This document shows, one piece after another, positions 1-10,886 of a stretch of 64,000 nucleotides of DNA. The notes beneath the pieces are model-generated. The model was not told where the DNA came from. It ran no database searches and was given only the letters and a program-made list of their open reading frames with translations. The stretch is from Macrostomum lignano (lineage: Eukaryota), in the NCBI GenBank assembly GCA_002269645.1, contig NIVC01002737.1:1-64000 (forward strand), given 5' to 3'. The position numbers and the translations under genes were made by a program. The first letter of the stretch is position 1, and each line of letters opens with the position of its first letter.

Positions 1-3000
1 AGCTGTGTGAGTACGACCAATTCAAGCTGTGTGAGTATGACCAAGCTGTGTGAGTACGACCAATTCAAGCTGTATGAGTATGACCAAGCTGTGTGAGTAT
101 GACCAAGCTGTATGAGTATGACCAAGCTGTATGAGTATGACCAAGCTGTGTGAGTATGACCAAGCTGTGTGAGTATGACCAAGCTGTGTGAGTACGACCA
201 ATTCAAGCTGTGTGAGTATGACCAAGCTGTATGAGTATGACCAAGCTGTGTGAGTATGACCAAGCTGTATGAGTATGACCAAGCTGTGTGAGTATGACCA
301 AGCTGTATGAGTATGACCAAGCTGTATGAGTATGACCAAGCTGTGTGAGTATGACCAAGCTGTGTGAGTATGACCAAGCTGTATGAGTATGACCAAGCTG
401 TGTGAGTATGACCAAGCTGTGTGAGTATGACCAAGCTGTATGACTATGACCAAGCTGTATGAGTATGACCAAGCTGTGTGAGTATGACCAAGCTGTATGA
501 GTATGACCAAGCTGTGTGAGTATGACCAAGCTGTATGAGTATGACCAAGCTGTATGAGTATGACCAAGCTGTGTGAGTATGACCAAGCTCAAGCTGTGTG
601 AGTATGACCAAGCTGTATGAGTATGACCAAGCTGTGTGAGTATGACCAAGCTGTATGACTATGACCAAGCTGTATGAGTATGACCAAGCTGTGTGAGTAT
701 GACCAAGCTGTATGAGTATGACCAAGCTGTGTGAGTATGACCAAGCTGTGTGAGTATGACCAAGCTGTATGAGTATGACCAAGCTGTGTGAGTATGACCA
801 AGCTGTATGAGTATGACCAAGCTGTACGAGTATGACCAAGCTGTGTGAGTATGACCAAGCTGTGTGAGTACGACCAATTCAAGCTGTGTGAGTATGACCA
901 AGCTGTATGAGTATGACCAAGCTGTATAAGTATGACCAAGCTGTATGAGTATGACCAAGCTGTGTGAGTATGACCAAGCTGTGTGAGTATGACCAAGCTG
1001 TATGAGTATGACCAAGCTGTATGAGTATGACCAAGCTGTGTGAGTATGACCAAGCTGTGTGAGTATGACCAAGCTGTGTGAGTATGACCAAGCTGTGTGA
1101 GTACGACCAATTCAAGCTGTATGAGTATGACCAAGCTGTGTGAGTATGACCAAGCTGTATGAGTATGACCAAGCTGTATGAGTATGACCAAGCTGTGTGA
1201 GTATGACCAAGCTGTGTGAGTATGACCAAGCTGTGTGAGTACGACCAATTCAAGCTGTGTGAGTATGACCAAGCTGTATGAGTATGACCAAGCTGTGTGA
1301 GTATGACCAAGCTGTATGAGTATGACCAAGCTGTGTGAGTATGACCAAGCTGTATGAGTATGACCAAGCTGTATGAGTATGACCAAGCTGTGTGAGTATG
1401 ACCAAGCTGTGTGAGTATGACCAAGCTGTATGAGTATGACCAAGCTGTGTGAGTATGACCAAGCTGTGTGAGTATGACCAAGCTGTATGACTATGACCAA
1501 GCTGTATGAGTATGACCAAGCTGTGTGAGTATGACCAAGCTGTATGAGTATGACCAAGCTGTGTGAGTATGACCAAGCTGTATGAGTATGACCAAGCTGT
1601 GTGAGTATGACCAAGCTGTGTGAGTATGACCAAGCTGTATGAGTATGACCAAGCTGTATGAGTATGACCAAGCTGTACGAGTATGACCAAGCTGTATGAG
1701 TATGACCAAGCTGTGTGAGTATGACCAAGCTGTGTGAGTATGACCAAGCTGTGTGAGTATGACCAAGCTGTGTGAGTACGACCAATTCAAGCTGTGTGAG
1801 TATGACCAAGCTGTATGAGTATGACCAAGCTGTATAAGTATGACCAAGCTGTGTGAGTATGACCAAGCTGTGTGAGTATGACCAAGCTGTGTGAGTATGA
1901 CCAAGCTGTGTGAGTACGACCAATTCAAGCTGTATGAGTATGACCAAGCTGTGTGAGTATGACCAAGCTGTATGAGTATGACCAAGCTGTATGAGTATGA
2001 CCAAGCTGTGTGAGTATGACCAAGCTGTGTGAGTATGACCAAGCTGTGTGAGTACGACCAATTCAAGCTGTGTGAGTATGACCAAGCTGTATGAGTATGA
2101 CCAAGCTGTGTGAGTATGACCAAGCTGTATGAGTATGACCAAGCTGTGTGAGTATGACCAAGCTGTATGAGTATGACCAAGCTGTATGAGTATGACCAAG
2201 CTGTGTGAGTATGACCAAGCTGTGTGAGTATGACCAAGCTGTATGAGTATGACCAAGCTGTGTGAGTATGACCAAGCTGTGTGAGTATGACCAAGCTGTA
2301 TGACTATGACCAAGCTGTATGAGTATGACCAAGCTGTGTGAGTATGACCAAGCTGTATGAGTATGACCAAGCTGTGTGAGTATGACCAAGCTGTATGAGT
2401 ATGACCAAGCTGTGTGAGTATGACCAAGCTGTGTGAGTATGACCAAGCTGTATGAGTATGACCAAGCTGTATGAGTATGACCAAGCTGTACGAGTATGAC
2501 CAAGCTGTGTGAGTATGACCAAGCTGTGTGAGTATGACCAAGCTGTATGAGTATGACCAAGCTGTATGAGTATGACCAAGCTGTGTGATTATGACCAAGC
2601 TGTATGAGTATGACCAAGCTGTACGAGTATGACCAAGCTGTGTGAGTATGACCAAGCTGTGTGAGTACGACCAATTCAAGCTGTGTGAGTATGACCAAGC
2701 TGTATGAGTATGACCAAGCTGTATAAGTATGACCAAGCTGTGTGAGTATGACCAAGCTGTGTGAGTATGACCAAGCTGTGTGAGTATGACCAAGCTGTGT
2801 GAGTATGACCAAGCTGTATGAGTATGACCAAGCTGTATGAGTATGACCAAGCTGTGTGAGTATGACCAAGCTGTGTGAGTATGACCAAGCTGTGTGAGTA
2901 TGACCAAGCTGTGTGAGTATGACCAAGCTGTGTGAGCACGACCAATTCAAGCTGTGTGAGTATGACCAAGCTGTATGAGTATGACCAAGCTGTATGAGTA

Positions 3001-4111
3001 TGACTAAGCTGTGTGAGTATGACCAAGCTGTGTGAGTATGACCAAGCTGTGTGAGTACGACCAATTCAAGCTGTGTGAGTATGACCAAGCTGTATGAGTA
3101 TGACCAAGCTGTGTGAGTATGACCAAGCTGTGTGAGTACGACCAATTCAAGCTGTGTGAGTATGACCAAGCTGTATGAGTATGACCAAGCTGTGTGAGTA
3201 TGACCAAGCTGTGTGAGTATGACCAAGCTGTATGAGTATGACCAAGCTGTGTGAGTATGACCAAGCTGTGTGAGTATGACCAAGCTGTGAGTATGACCAA
3301 GCTGTGTGAGTATGACCAAGCTGTATGAGTATGACCAAGCTGTGTGAGTATGACCAAGCTGTATGAGTATGACCAAGCTGTACGAGTATGACCAAGCTGT
3401 GTGAGTATGACCAAGCTGTGTGAGTACGACCAATTCAAGCTGTGTGAGTATGACCAAGCTGTATGAGTATGACCAAGCTGTATGAGTATGACCAAGCTGT
3501 GTGAGTATGACCAAGCTGTATGAGTATGACCAAGCTGTGTGAGTATGACCAAGCTGTGTGAGTATGACCAAGCTGTGTGAGTATGACCAAGCTGTATGAG
3601 TATGACCAAGCTGTGTGAGTATGACCAAGCTGTATGAGTATGACCAAGCTGTGTGAGTATGACCAAGCTGTGTGAGTATGACCAAGCTGTATGAGTATGA
3701 CCAAGCTGTGTGAGTATGACCAAGCTGTGTGAGTATGACCAAGCTGTATGAGTATGACCAAGCTGTACGAGTATGACCAAGCTGTGTGAGTATGACCAAG
3801 CTGTATGAGTATGACCAAGCTGTACGAGTATGACCAAGCTGTGTGAGTATGACCAAGCTGTGTGAGTATGACCAAGCTGTATGAGTATGACCAAGCTGTG
3901 TGAGTATGACCAAGCTGTATGAGTATGACCAAGCTGTGTGAGTACGACCAAGCTGTGTGAGTATGACCAAGCTGTGTGAGTATGACTAAGCTGTCTGAGT
4001 ATGACCAAGCTGTGTGAGTATGACCAAGCTGTGTGAGTATGACCAAGCTGTGTGAGTATGACTAAGCTGTCTGAGTATGACCAAGCTGTGTGAGTATGAC
4101 CAAGCTGTGTG
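1..4111. repeat. 19-bp minisatellite array (AGCTGTRTGAGTATGACCA) with occasional 24-bp variants; runs off the left edge and is interrupted by an LTR element
   Basis: Unit read directly from the sequence. It resumes in phase at 8810-8896 after the right LTR. Confidence 0.98.
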
Positions 4112-4439
4112 AGTAGAGAGCGAAGCCGCGAGAGAGAAAGTTATGTGTTGTGTGTAGCCGAAAAAGCCTCAATGTATTGTAGGCTCTGTGCGATCGATTT
4201 GTATATTTAGCAGCGACCCTGCATTGAGACTGCGTACACTAAAAACAGAAAGCCAAGAATATTGGATGTACATCGCAAATGCACACCAGGACTAAAAAAC
4301 ACATCATGCTAGCACTGGGCAGCAGGCGCCTACAATTCTCCCCAACCAGAGAGATCCCAGGGGATAAAAAAACGAGTTCAATTACTCAGCTACAACCCAA
4401 GGCAATCAAAGCGGCCCGCCCACGCACAAGAGCCCTAGG

Positions 4440-7400
4440 TCACAATTTGTAGCTGAGCACTCTGTTACGGGCAGCTCTTGGATGTTCTCGCGTGGCGATG
4501 CTACCGCTGGGTAGACTTGCGGGCTGACCGGCAGGTTGGCCGGCAGGCTCTCCGGCAGATTGGCCGGCAGGCTCTCCGGCAGATTGGTCGGCAGGCTCTC
4601 CGGCAGATTGGCCGGCAGGCTCTCCGGCAGATTGGCCGGCAGGCTCTCCGGCAGATTGGCCGGCAGATTGGCCGGCAGGCTCTCCGGCAGATTGGCCGGC
4701 AGGCTGGCCGGCAGGCTCTCCGGCAGATTGGCCGGCAGGCTCTCCGGCAGATTGGCCGGCAGGCTCTCCGGCAGATTGGCCGGCAGGCTCTCCGGCAGAT
4801 TGGCCGGCAGGCTGGCCGGCAGGCTCTCCGGCAGATTGGCCGGCAGGCTCTCCGGCAGATTGGCCGGCAGGCTCTCCGGCAGATTGGCCGGCAGGCTCTC
4901 CGGCAGGTTGGCCGGCAGGCTCTCCGGCAGATTGGCCGGCAGGCTCTCCGGCAGGTTGGCCGGCAGGCTCTCCGGCAGATTGGCCGGCAGGCTCTCCGGC
5001 AGGTTGGCCGGCAGGCTCCCCGGCAGGCTGGCCGGCAGGCTCTCCGGCAGGTTGGCCGGCAGGCTCCCCGGCAGGCTGGCCGGCAGGCTCTCCGACCCGG
5101 GGCCGCAGCTGCGAGACGTGGCGCATGCAGGACTGTTCGCCGCGTTGCAGGACACACGTGTCTCCCTGGACCTGCTTGACTGTCCAAGGATGTGGCTCGA
5201 ACGGCAGCTGCAGTTTGTTACGTGGCTGCTTCTTTCGCAGAACTTTGTTGCCGACTCTGACGCCGTGCTCCTTGACACCCTTGCGATCATCGAACCGCGC
5301 CTTCATGTCTTGGACATAGTTTCTGTGCCAGCTCTGCACCTTTTCATGGTTGACGTCGATGAGCTGTGATGGTTTGATGGTCGGGATGCCGTCGTTCATC
5401 GTCCTGCCCATGAGTAGCTCAGCGGGTGCGCGGCCGGTCGCTCGATGTGGTGTCGTGCGGAACGCCAACAGCCAGTCCTCGCTAGCCTCCCGCCAGTTAC
5501 GACCTTCGGCCACTGCCGTCTGAATCACTTTCCCGATGCTGCGGTTGACTCGCTCCGTCGCTCCGCTGGATTCTGGGTGCAGCGGGCAGATGAGGCGGTG
5601 GTGAATGCCGTACGAGGCGAGGAAGCTGCGGAAAGCTGCCGAGCTGAATGGCGGGCCGTTGTCGGTGACCACCTCAATCGGGACGCCGTACCTGCCGAAC
5701 AGCCTCCGCAGGTGGGGTACTTGGAATACAAGTCGGTGGTGACCAGGAGCATCTGGCCTTGCACTGGGCCGTAGAAATCCATGCCTAGTAGCAGCCAGGC
5801 ACCGTCCGGAATATCTGTCGGCCTCAATGGTGTCTGTCGCAATCCGGTGGCCGCAGCCTGGCACAGTGTGCAGCACTGGAAGAAGAGCTCGCAGTCGCTG
5901 CGCATCCGAGACCACCACACCTTCGTCTGCAGGCGTTTAAGGGTGCGGTCGGCGCCCAGATGACCGGTGTGCGCCAGTTGAAGGATCGGCCTGCGCAGCG
6001 ACTCGGGGATTCGGTGGCGGACGGGAGCCAGGCTTGAAAAGCGGCACGAGCGGTCGGTGGTCCGTCACCACGGTGAAGTCTGGGTCACCAGCCAGATAGT
6101 GCTCAAACTTGAGACACCCAAATTTGATGGCCAACGCCTCCCGCTCGATCTGCGCGTACAGCTGCTCCACCGGCGAGAGGGCTCTGATGGCGTAGGCGAC
6201 AGGTCGGCTGCTACCGTCCGGCTGCCGCTGCGTGAGGATGGCGCCGAGGCCGATCGGCGATGCGTCCACCAGGAGTTCCGTGTGCAGCCTGTGGTCGAAA
6301 AAGCCAGCGTGTCCGCGTCTGTGATTGCCTTCTTGATGCCGTTGAACGCTGCTGTGTGTTTTCTGTCCACTCCCAGGCGTGGCCCTTCTTCGTCAGCTGC
6401 CGGAGTGGGGCAGCGAGGTCAGCGAAGTTCGGGATGAACTTTGCCAGGAAGTTAGCGGTTCCCAGGAAAGAGTGGACGTCGGCCACGTTGGAGGGCTCTC
6501 GGAAGTTCTGCATGGCGTCAATTTTCTCGGTGGCCGGTTGCATGCCCCGGGCGGTCAGGCGCATCCCGAGAAACTCGACGGTCGGCCGGGCGAACCTGCA
6601 CTTGTCCTCATTGAGGGTGATCCCGAACTCTCGGAGGCGCTGAAGGCAGGCGTCCAGCCTCTCATGGTGCTGCTTCAGTTTGGAGGCGTACACCACCACG
6701 TCGTCGTGCGCCCACCGGACGCCGTCGATGCCGCTGAGGATGCCAAGCATGACTCGTTGAAGGATTTCCGAGGCATTTGTGAACCCCATGCTGAGCCTCT
6801 TGAGCCGCATCAGTCCGAAGGGTGTGCTGAAGGTGAAGAGGTGACGGCTGCTCTCGTGGACTGGGATCTGATAAAAAGCCTTCCGGATATCGAGTTCGCT
6901 GAACAGCTTGGCGTCTGCCATTTCCTCGGTGATTTCGTCCAGCGTGGGGATTTGCTGCTTCTCTGGGATGACGAAAGCGTTGAGATCACGGAGGTCCTGG
7001 CAGATTCTGACGCCACCGTCGCCCTTGGGCACCACCACCATGCGTGACACCCAGGCGCTGGGACCTTTGACTGCCTCAATGATGCCCTGCTCCTCCAAAG
7101 CCTTGAGCTCGTCCACTACGGCCTCTTTCAGGTGCGCCGCCACACGTGAGGGCGCCTGGCAGACTGGAACAGCGTCATCGGACAGCTGGACCTGGACCTC
7201 TACTCCCTTGATGCATCCGATGCCGTTGAAGACTTCTTTGTGCCTCTGCAGGATGGCTTTGAGCTGGGGGTCGCTAAACTGCTCGTAGGGTGTGGTGTCG
7301 GCGATTGCGTTTATGTTTTGCGGCTTGGTAGCTTCAGGCGCTGGATCTTCAGCACTCCTAGCTTGAATGCGGGCTGGCGACCCAGTATCGTCAGCCCGTC

Positions 7401-8546
7401 GCCGTCCATGATGTGGAAGGTCGCGGTTGTTCTGGCAGATCCCACTTGGATGTCAAGATCGGCGGTACCCACAATCCTGAGAGGTGTCGGTACACCGTAG
7501 GCACGAACTTCGGCTCTTGTCGGGCGTGGGCTTGGCAGGCTGAGCGCTCTGAAGGTGCCGAGACTCATGATGCTGCAGCTGGCTCCGCTGTAAATCATCA
7601 TAGGAAGCTGCCGGTTTGCCACCTGCACAGTCAGCGAGACGTCGGATGGGTATTTGTCGCGGTTGTACAGCGCGAACACATCCTCGTTGACGGAGCCGTC
7701 GGCAGCTGTGAATACAGCATTGGTGCTGATTTGCTGCTGTGGGATCCGGCTGCTGTTTGACTGCCGAGGCTGACGGCAGGCAAGAGCGAGGTGGTTGGGC
7801 TTGCCGCAGTTGTGGCAGATCTTGCCCTTGGCAGTGTCGCAGGTGGCGTGGCCTTTCTCGCCGCAGCGGTAGCAGGTGCGCTGCTGCTGGTCGCCTGGCC
7901 TGCTGGTCGTCTGAGCCGGGCAACGCCTGTTCGTTCTCACCTTGTCGTCCTTAGCAACGCTGGCCACGTGCGAGTCTGCCTTCTCCATCTCAGTTGCTTG
8001 TTCCTCAGCAGCCTCGAATGCCCTCGCCTTCCGCAAGGCCTCCTCCAGGCTGATGTTCGCCTCCTGAAGCAGTCGCCTGCGCAGCTTGTCAGAGCTGCAG
8101 GTTGCCACGAGCTGGTCTCTGATGAGCGAGTCCTTCAGCTGTTTGAAGTCGCACGGCTCTGCCGCAGTGCGCAGTGTGGCGTACCAGGATTCGATGGACT
8201 CTCCGTTGGCCTGGGTGCATAGGCGGAACTGATATCTGGCGAATACTATGTTTTTTTCTTCCGTTGAAGAATGTCTTCAAAGCGTCCAGCGTCTGCCTGA
8301 GGGTGTAACTTGGCCGTCCTCTGTGGCCGCTGCAGGCTTGGCCTCCTCGCGGATGATGTCGGTGATTTCCTTGCCTGCTGTGTAGCTGAGTAGTTTGCAC
8401 TTTTGCTTCTCGTTGGTGATGCCTGATGCATCGATGAAGTCTTCAAAGCGGTCTGTCCATTGACTCCAGCGCTTGCCCGCGTTGTGTGGGTCTGCTGATA
8501 CTGAGAATGGCTCAGGTGGGGGCAGTGAGAGAAAGTTGGCTGCCAT
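4440..8546 (-). pseudogene. gag-pol polyprotein, disrupted
   Basis: Gag start MAANFLSLPPPEPF; zinc knuckles CYRCGEKGH / CHNCGKPNHLALAC; protease site reads IYSGA instead of DSGA; RT ...WAHDDVVV; RNase H DASPIGLGAIL...EREALA...TDHRPL; integrase H-H-C-C, DFYGP, TDNGPPF, GATERVN. Frameshifts in gag and at the RT/RNaseH boundary. Apparent deletions near 6015 and 5720. Confidence 0.93.
4525..5095 (-). repeat. 24-bp (2x12) GC-rich minisatellite inside the integrase C-terminal ORF (GEPAGQSA)n
   Basis: Unit GCCGGCAGGCTCTCCGGCAGATTG seen directly; in frame with the integrase ORF 4440-5918. Confidence 0.95.
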
Positions 8547-8809
8547 GATTTGTTTACCGCGCGGTAGGCGGCTTGCGACGCCACTGTAAAGAGCGAAGCT
8601 GCGAGAGAAAAAAGCTATGCGTTGTGTGTAGCCGAAAAAGCTTCAATCTATTGTAGGCTCTGTGCGATCGATTTATATATTTAGCAGCGACCCTGCAGTT
8701 GGGACTGCGTACACTAAAAACAGAAAGCCAAGAATATTGGATGTACATCGCAAATGCACACCAGGACTAAAAAACACATCATGCTAGCACTGGGCAGCAG
8801 GCGCCTACA

Positions 8810-8896
8810 AGTATGACCAATCTATATGAGTATGACCAAGCTGTATGAGTATGACCAAGCTGTATGAGTATGACCAAGCTGTATGAGTATGACCAT
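8810..8896. repeat. Right-hand remnant of the 19-bp minisatellite
   Basis: AGTATGACCAAGCTGTATG units follow the LTR end. Confidence 0.95.
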
Positions 8897-9750
8897 GCAA
8901 GGTGTTTGAAAAAAATTAATCTCTTTATCATCGAGCAATTCTTGGCTCATATATTTACTATCACGAAAAAAAAATTCTGTAAGAACCAGGCATTTCATCA
9001 AGGACCACTGAAGTCACTTCGTTAACTTCGTCATTTTGTCACTTCGTCACTTTGTCTTCTTAAGTAGTCCTTGCATTTAATCTGCTGACAATTTCTCTGC
9101 TGTCAAACGAACCCGTCAAATGTTAAAGGATGGATTCAAACAAACAATTATTTTGAGATTTCTGTTGTCAGCTTGAGTATCATTCAGCGCAGTTGTTCAT
9201 CTTAACTTTAGTTGTTTTTGCAAGGCAGCGAATTTACACTAGGCCTCTTTAGGCAAGACAATGCAATTTCCATGTTTTCGCCAGTTTAAGTTGTTAGTTT
9301 GTTGCTCATTTTTGCTTTTTTACTAAAACTCATGGTGAAGCCTTAAGCTGCATTCAAGGCTCAAGTATTCAACACAAGCTTTAGCACTCGGTGCTTAGTA
9401 GCCGGTAGGCATATTCTTGAAGTATTTGCAGGAGAAACAAAGAAGAACAATTAGATTTTTATATTCTTAGCCTGTTCGACTGTTGAAATGACACTTTTTC
9501 ACTTTTTTAATTGTTTAGCTCTTGGCGCTGCACCGCATGTAATTCTTTACAAGTTTAGTGGACTGTAAGTAACTATTTTTTCAGATTTAAAGTTTTATTT
9601 TGTACTCTTAGGTATAGCATTTTTTCGGTTTAGTCTTTGTATTGTAACATAGCAAGCATTTTAGCAACAGATTGCTCAATATGTTTAATGTCTTGTCTTG
9701 GGGGGGATATATCCCCCCTATCCCCCTCCCTATGCCCCTGTTTAAAATTA

Positions 9751-9946
9751 ATAGGCCTAACATCATAATTACAAGGCATATGCCTATCATGCTTGGGCGC
9801 AACCTAGGGATTCGCCTGGCCATTTCTATTGGCAACACACATAAGTTGCTATTGATGGAATAGTAGTCACATGACTACTCTCAGTCTCAGCCAATAGAAA
9901 TGGCCAAGTGATTCCCAAGGTTGCACATGTATAATGTGATGCCTAT
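9751..9946. mobile_element. Small foldback/MITE-like inverted repeat
   Basis: GCAACCTAGGGATTCGCCTGGCCATTTCTATTGGC (~9799-9833) is the near reverse complement of ~9890-9925; central palindrome AGTAGTCACATGACTACT. Confidence 0.6.
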
Positions 9947-10886
9947 AGTAGGTAATAGTCAAATTTGATACTAGCCACTTCAGTAATAGCCACTTTGATA
10001 ACAAATGTTGTCAAATTTGTTAATAGCCATTTTGGTAGTAATTAATATATTAATTCTATATATAGTATAGAAATAATTAAATATAGTATATATTGATTGA
10101 TATGCTGTAAGAAGATTTTGCAAACAAACTTTAAAGAGAGAACAACTAAAAATAAATAAACTACATTTTTTTGCAGACTTTAAGATTTGGATTGATGATA
10201 AAAACTATACATATTTTAATCTACATATAATTTTATTTTAATTTTTGGATGTGCTCGATGCATGCAAATGTACAAGTTGAAACATCCTATTGACCAAATA
10301 TTATGAACATTGGAATCTCTGAGTTAGCGACTTCATTAACCAAATCTAATTTTTTATTCATTAATAATTACTTAATTCAAATTTTCAATTTTCAACTATT
10401 GTATAATAATATTCTTTGCCGCCTTTAATTTTTTATAAAAGTAGGCCTAATGCACAAATTTAAACAAATTATAATTTAGTTTAACCATAAAATCAAACCA
10501 TACTTGGCAGTAAAATTGTTTAATTGTTCTTTATGTAACTAATAGTTTCTAAACTTAATTATCATGGAAATATAGTATTGGTAGTTGTAAATCTACTTTG
10601 TTATGAATGTTGCTAATACCAAAGTGGCTGTTAACAAAGTGGATTATATTTCTATAGTATGCATACTACATAGTAGCAAAGCAATATGATTTCATTTTGT
10701 ACTAATCTTTTTATTATTAAAAAGGTCAAGAATCAAGATTTTAATAGTTTTGTTTTTAATACAAATAGACCCAACAATATCATTACTTAAAAAATATTAA
10801 TAATAAAACAATTATTTCTTAATATTAAAAATTGAATAGGCCTAGTTTGATTATAAAATATGCTTTGTTTATTGACAGTAAAGTCT

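Larger units (their letters stand above)
4112..8809 (-). mobile_element. Ty3/Gypsy LTR retrotransposon, decayed, ~4.7 kb
   Basis: Direct-repeat LTRs at ~4112-4334 and 8585-8809 (right one TG...CA). PBS-like TGGCGTCGCAAGC on - just inside the 5' LTR (~8571-8583) and PPT-like GGTTGGGGAGAAT (4335-4347). Domain order gag-PR-RT-RNaseH-IN is diagnostic of Ty3/Gypsy. AGTA flanks both sides. Confidence 0.96.

Noticed and set aside
22-4046. Long minus-strand ORFs (MVILTQLGHTHTAWSYS...) and similar repetitive ORFs throughout (CLSV, PIPTS, HHHH, MEIMPDGHH, etc.)
   Set aside because: They are translations of stop-free tandem repeats, open in several frames at once, and mostly lie inside introns with clear splice sites.
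6695-6720. RT catalytic motif reads AHDD rather than YxDD
   Set aside because: The two aspartates are intact and this position varies among invertebrate Gypsy RTs; not evidence of novelty by itself.
8566-8584. PBS primed by the tRNA-Ser(GCT) encoded in this window
   Set aside because: That tRNA would require TGGCGACGAGGATGGG, but the PBS is TGGCGTCGCAAGC. Only the first 5 nt match, so a different tRNA must prime.
8810-9000. Left 19-mer array as the intron of an inverted second TMEM147 copy
   Set aside because: No reverse-complement donor (…GCACTCAC) or TMEM147 exon follows the array at 8897+.
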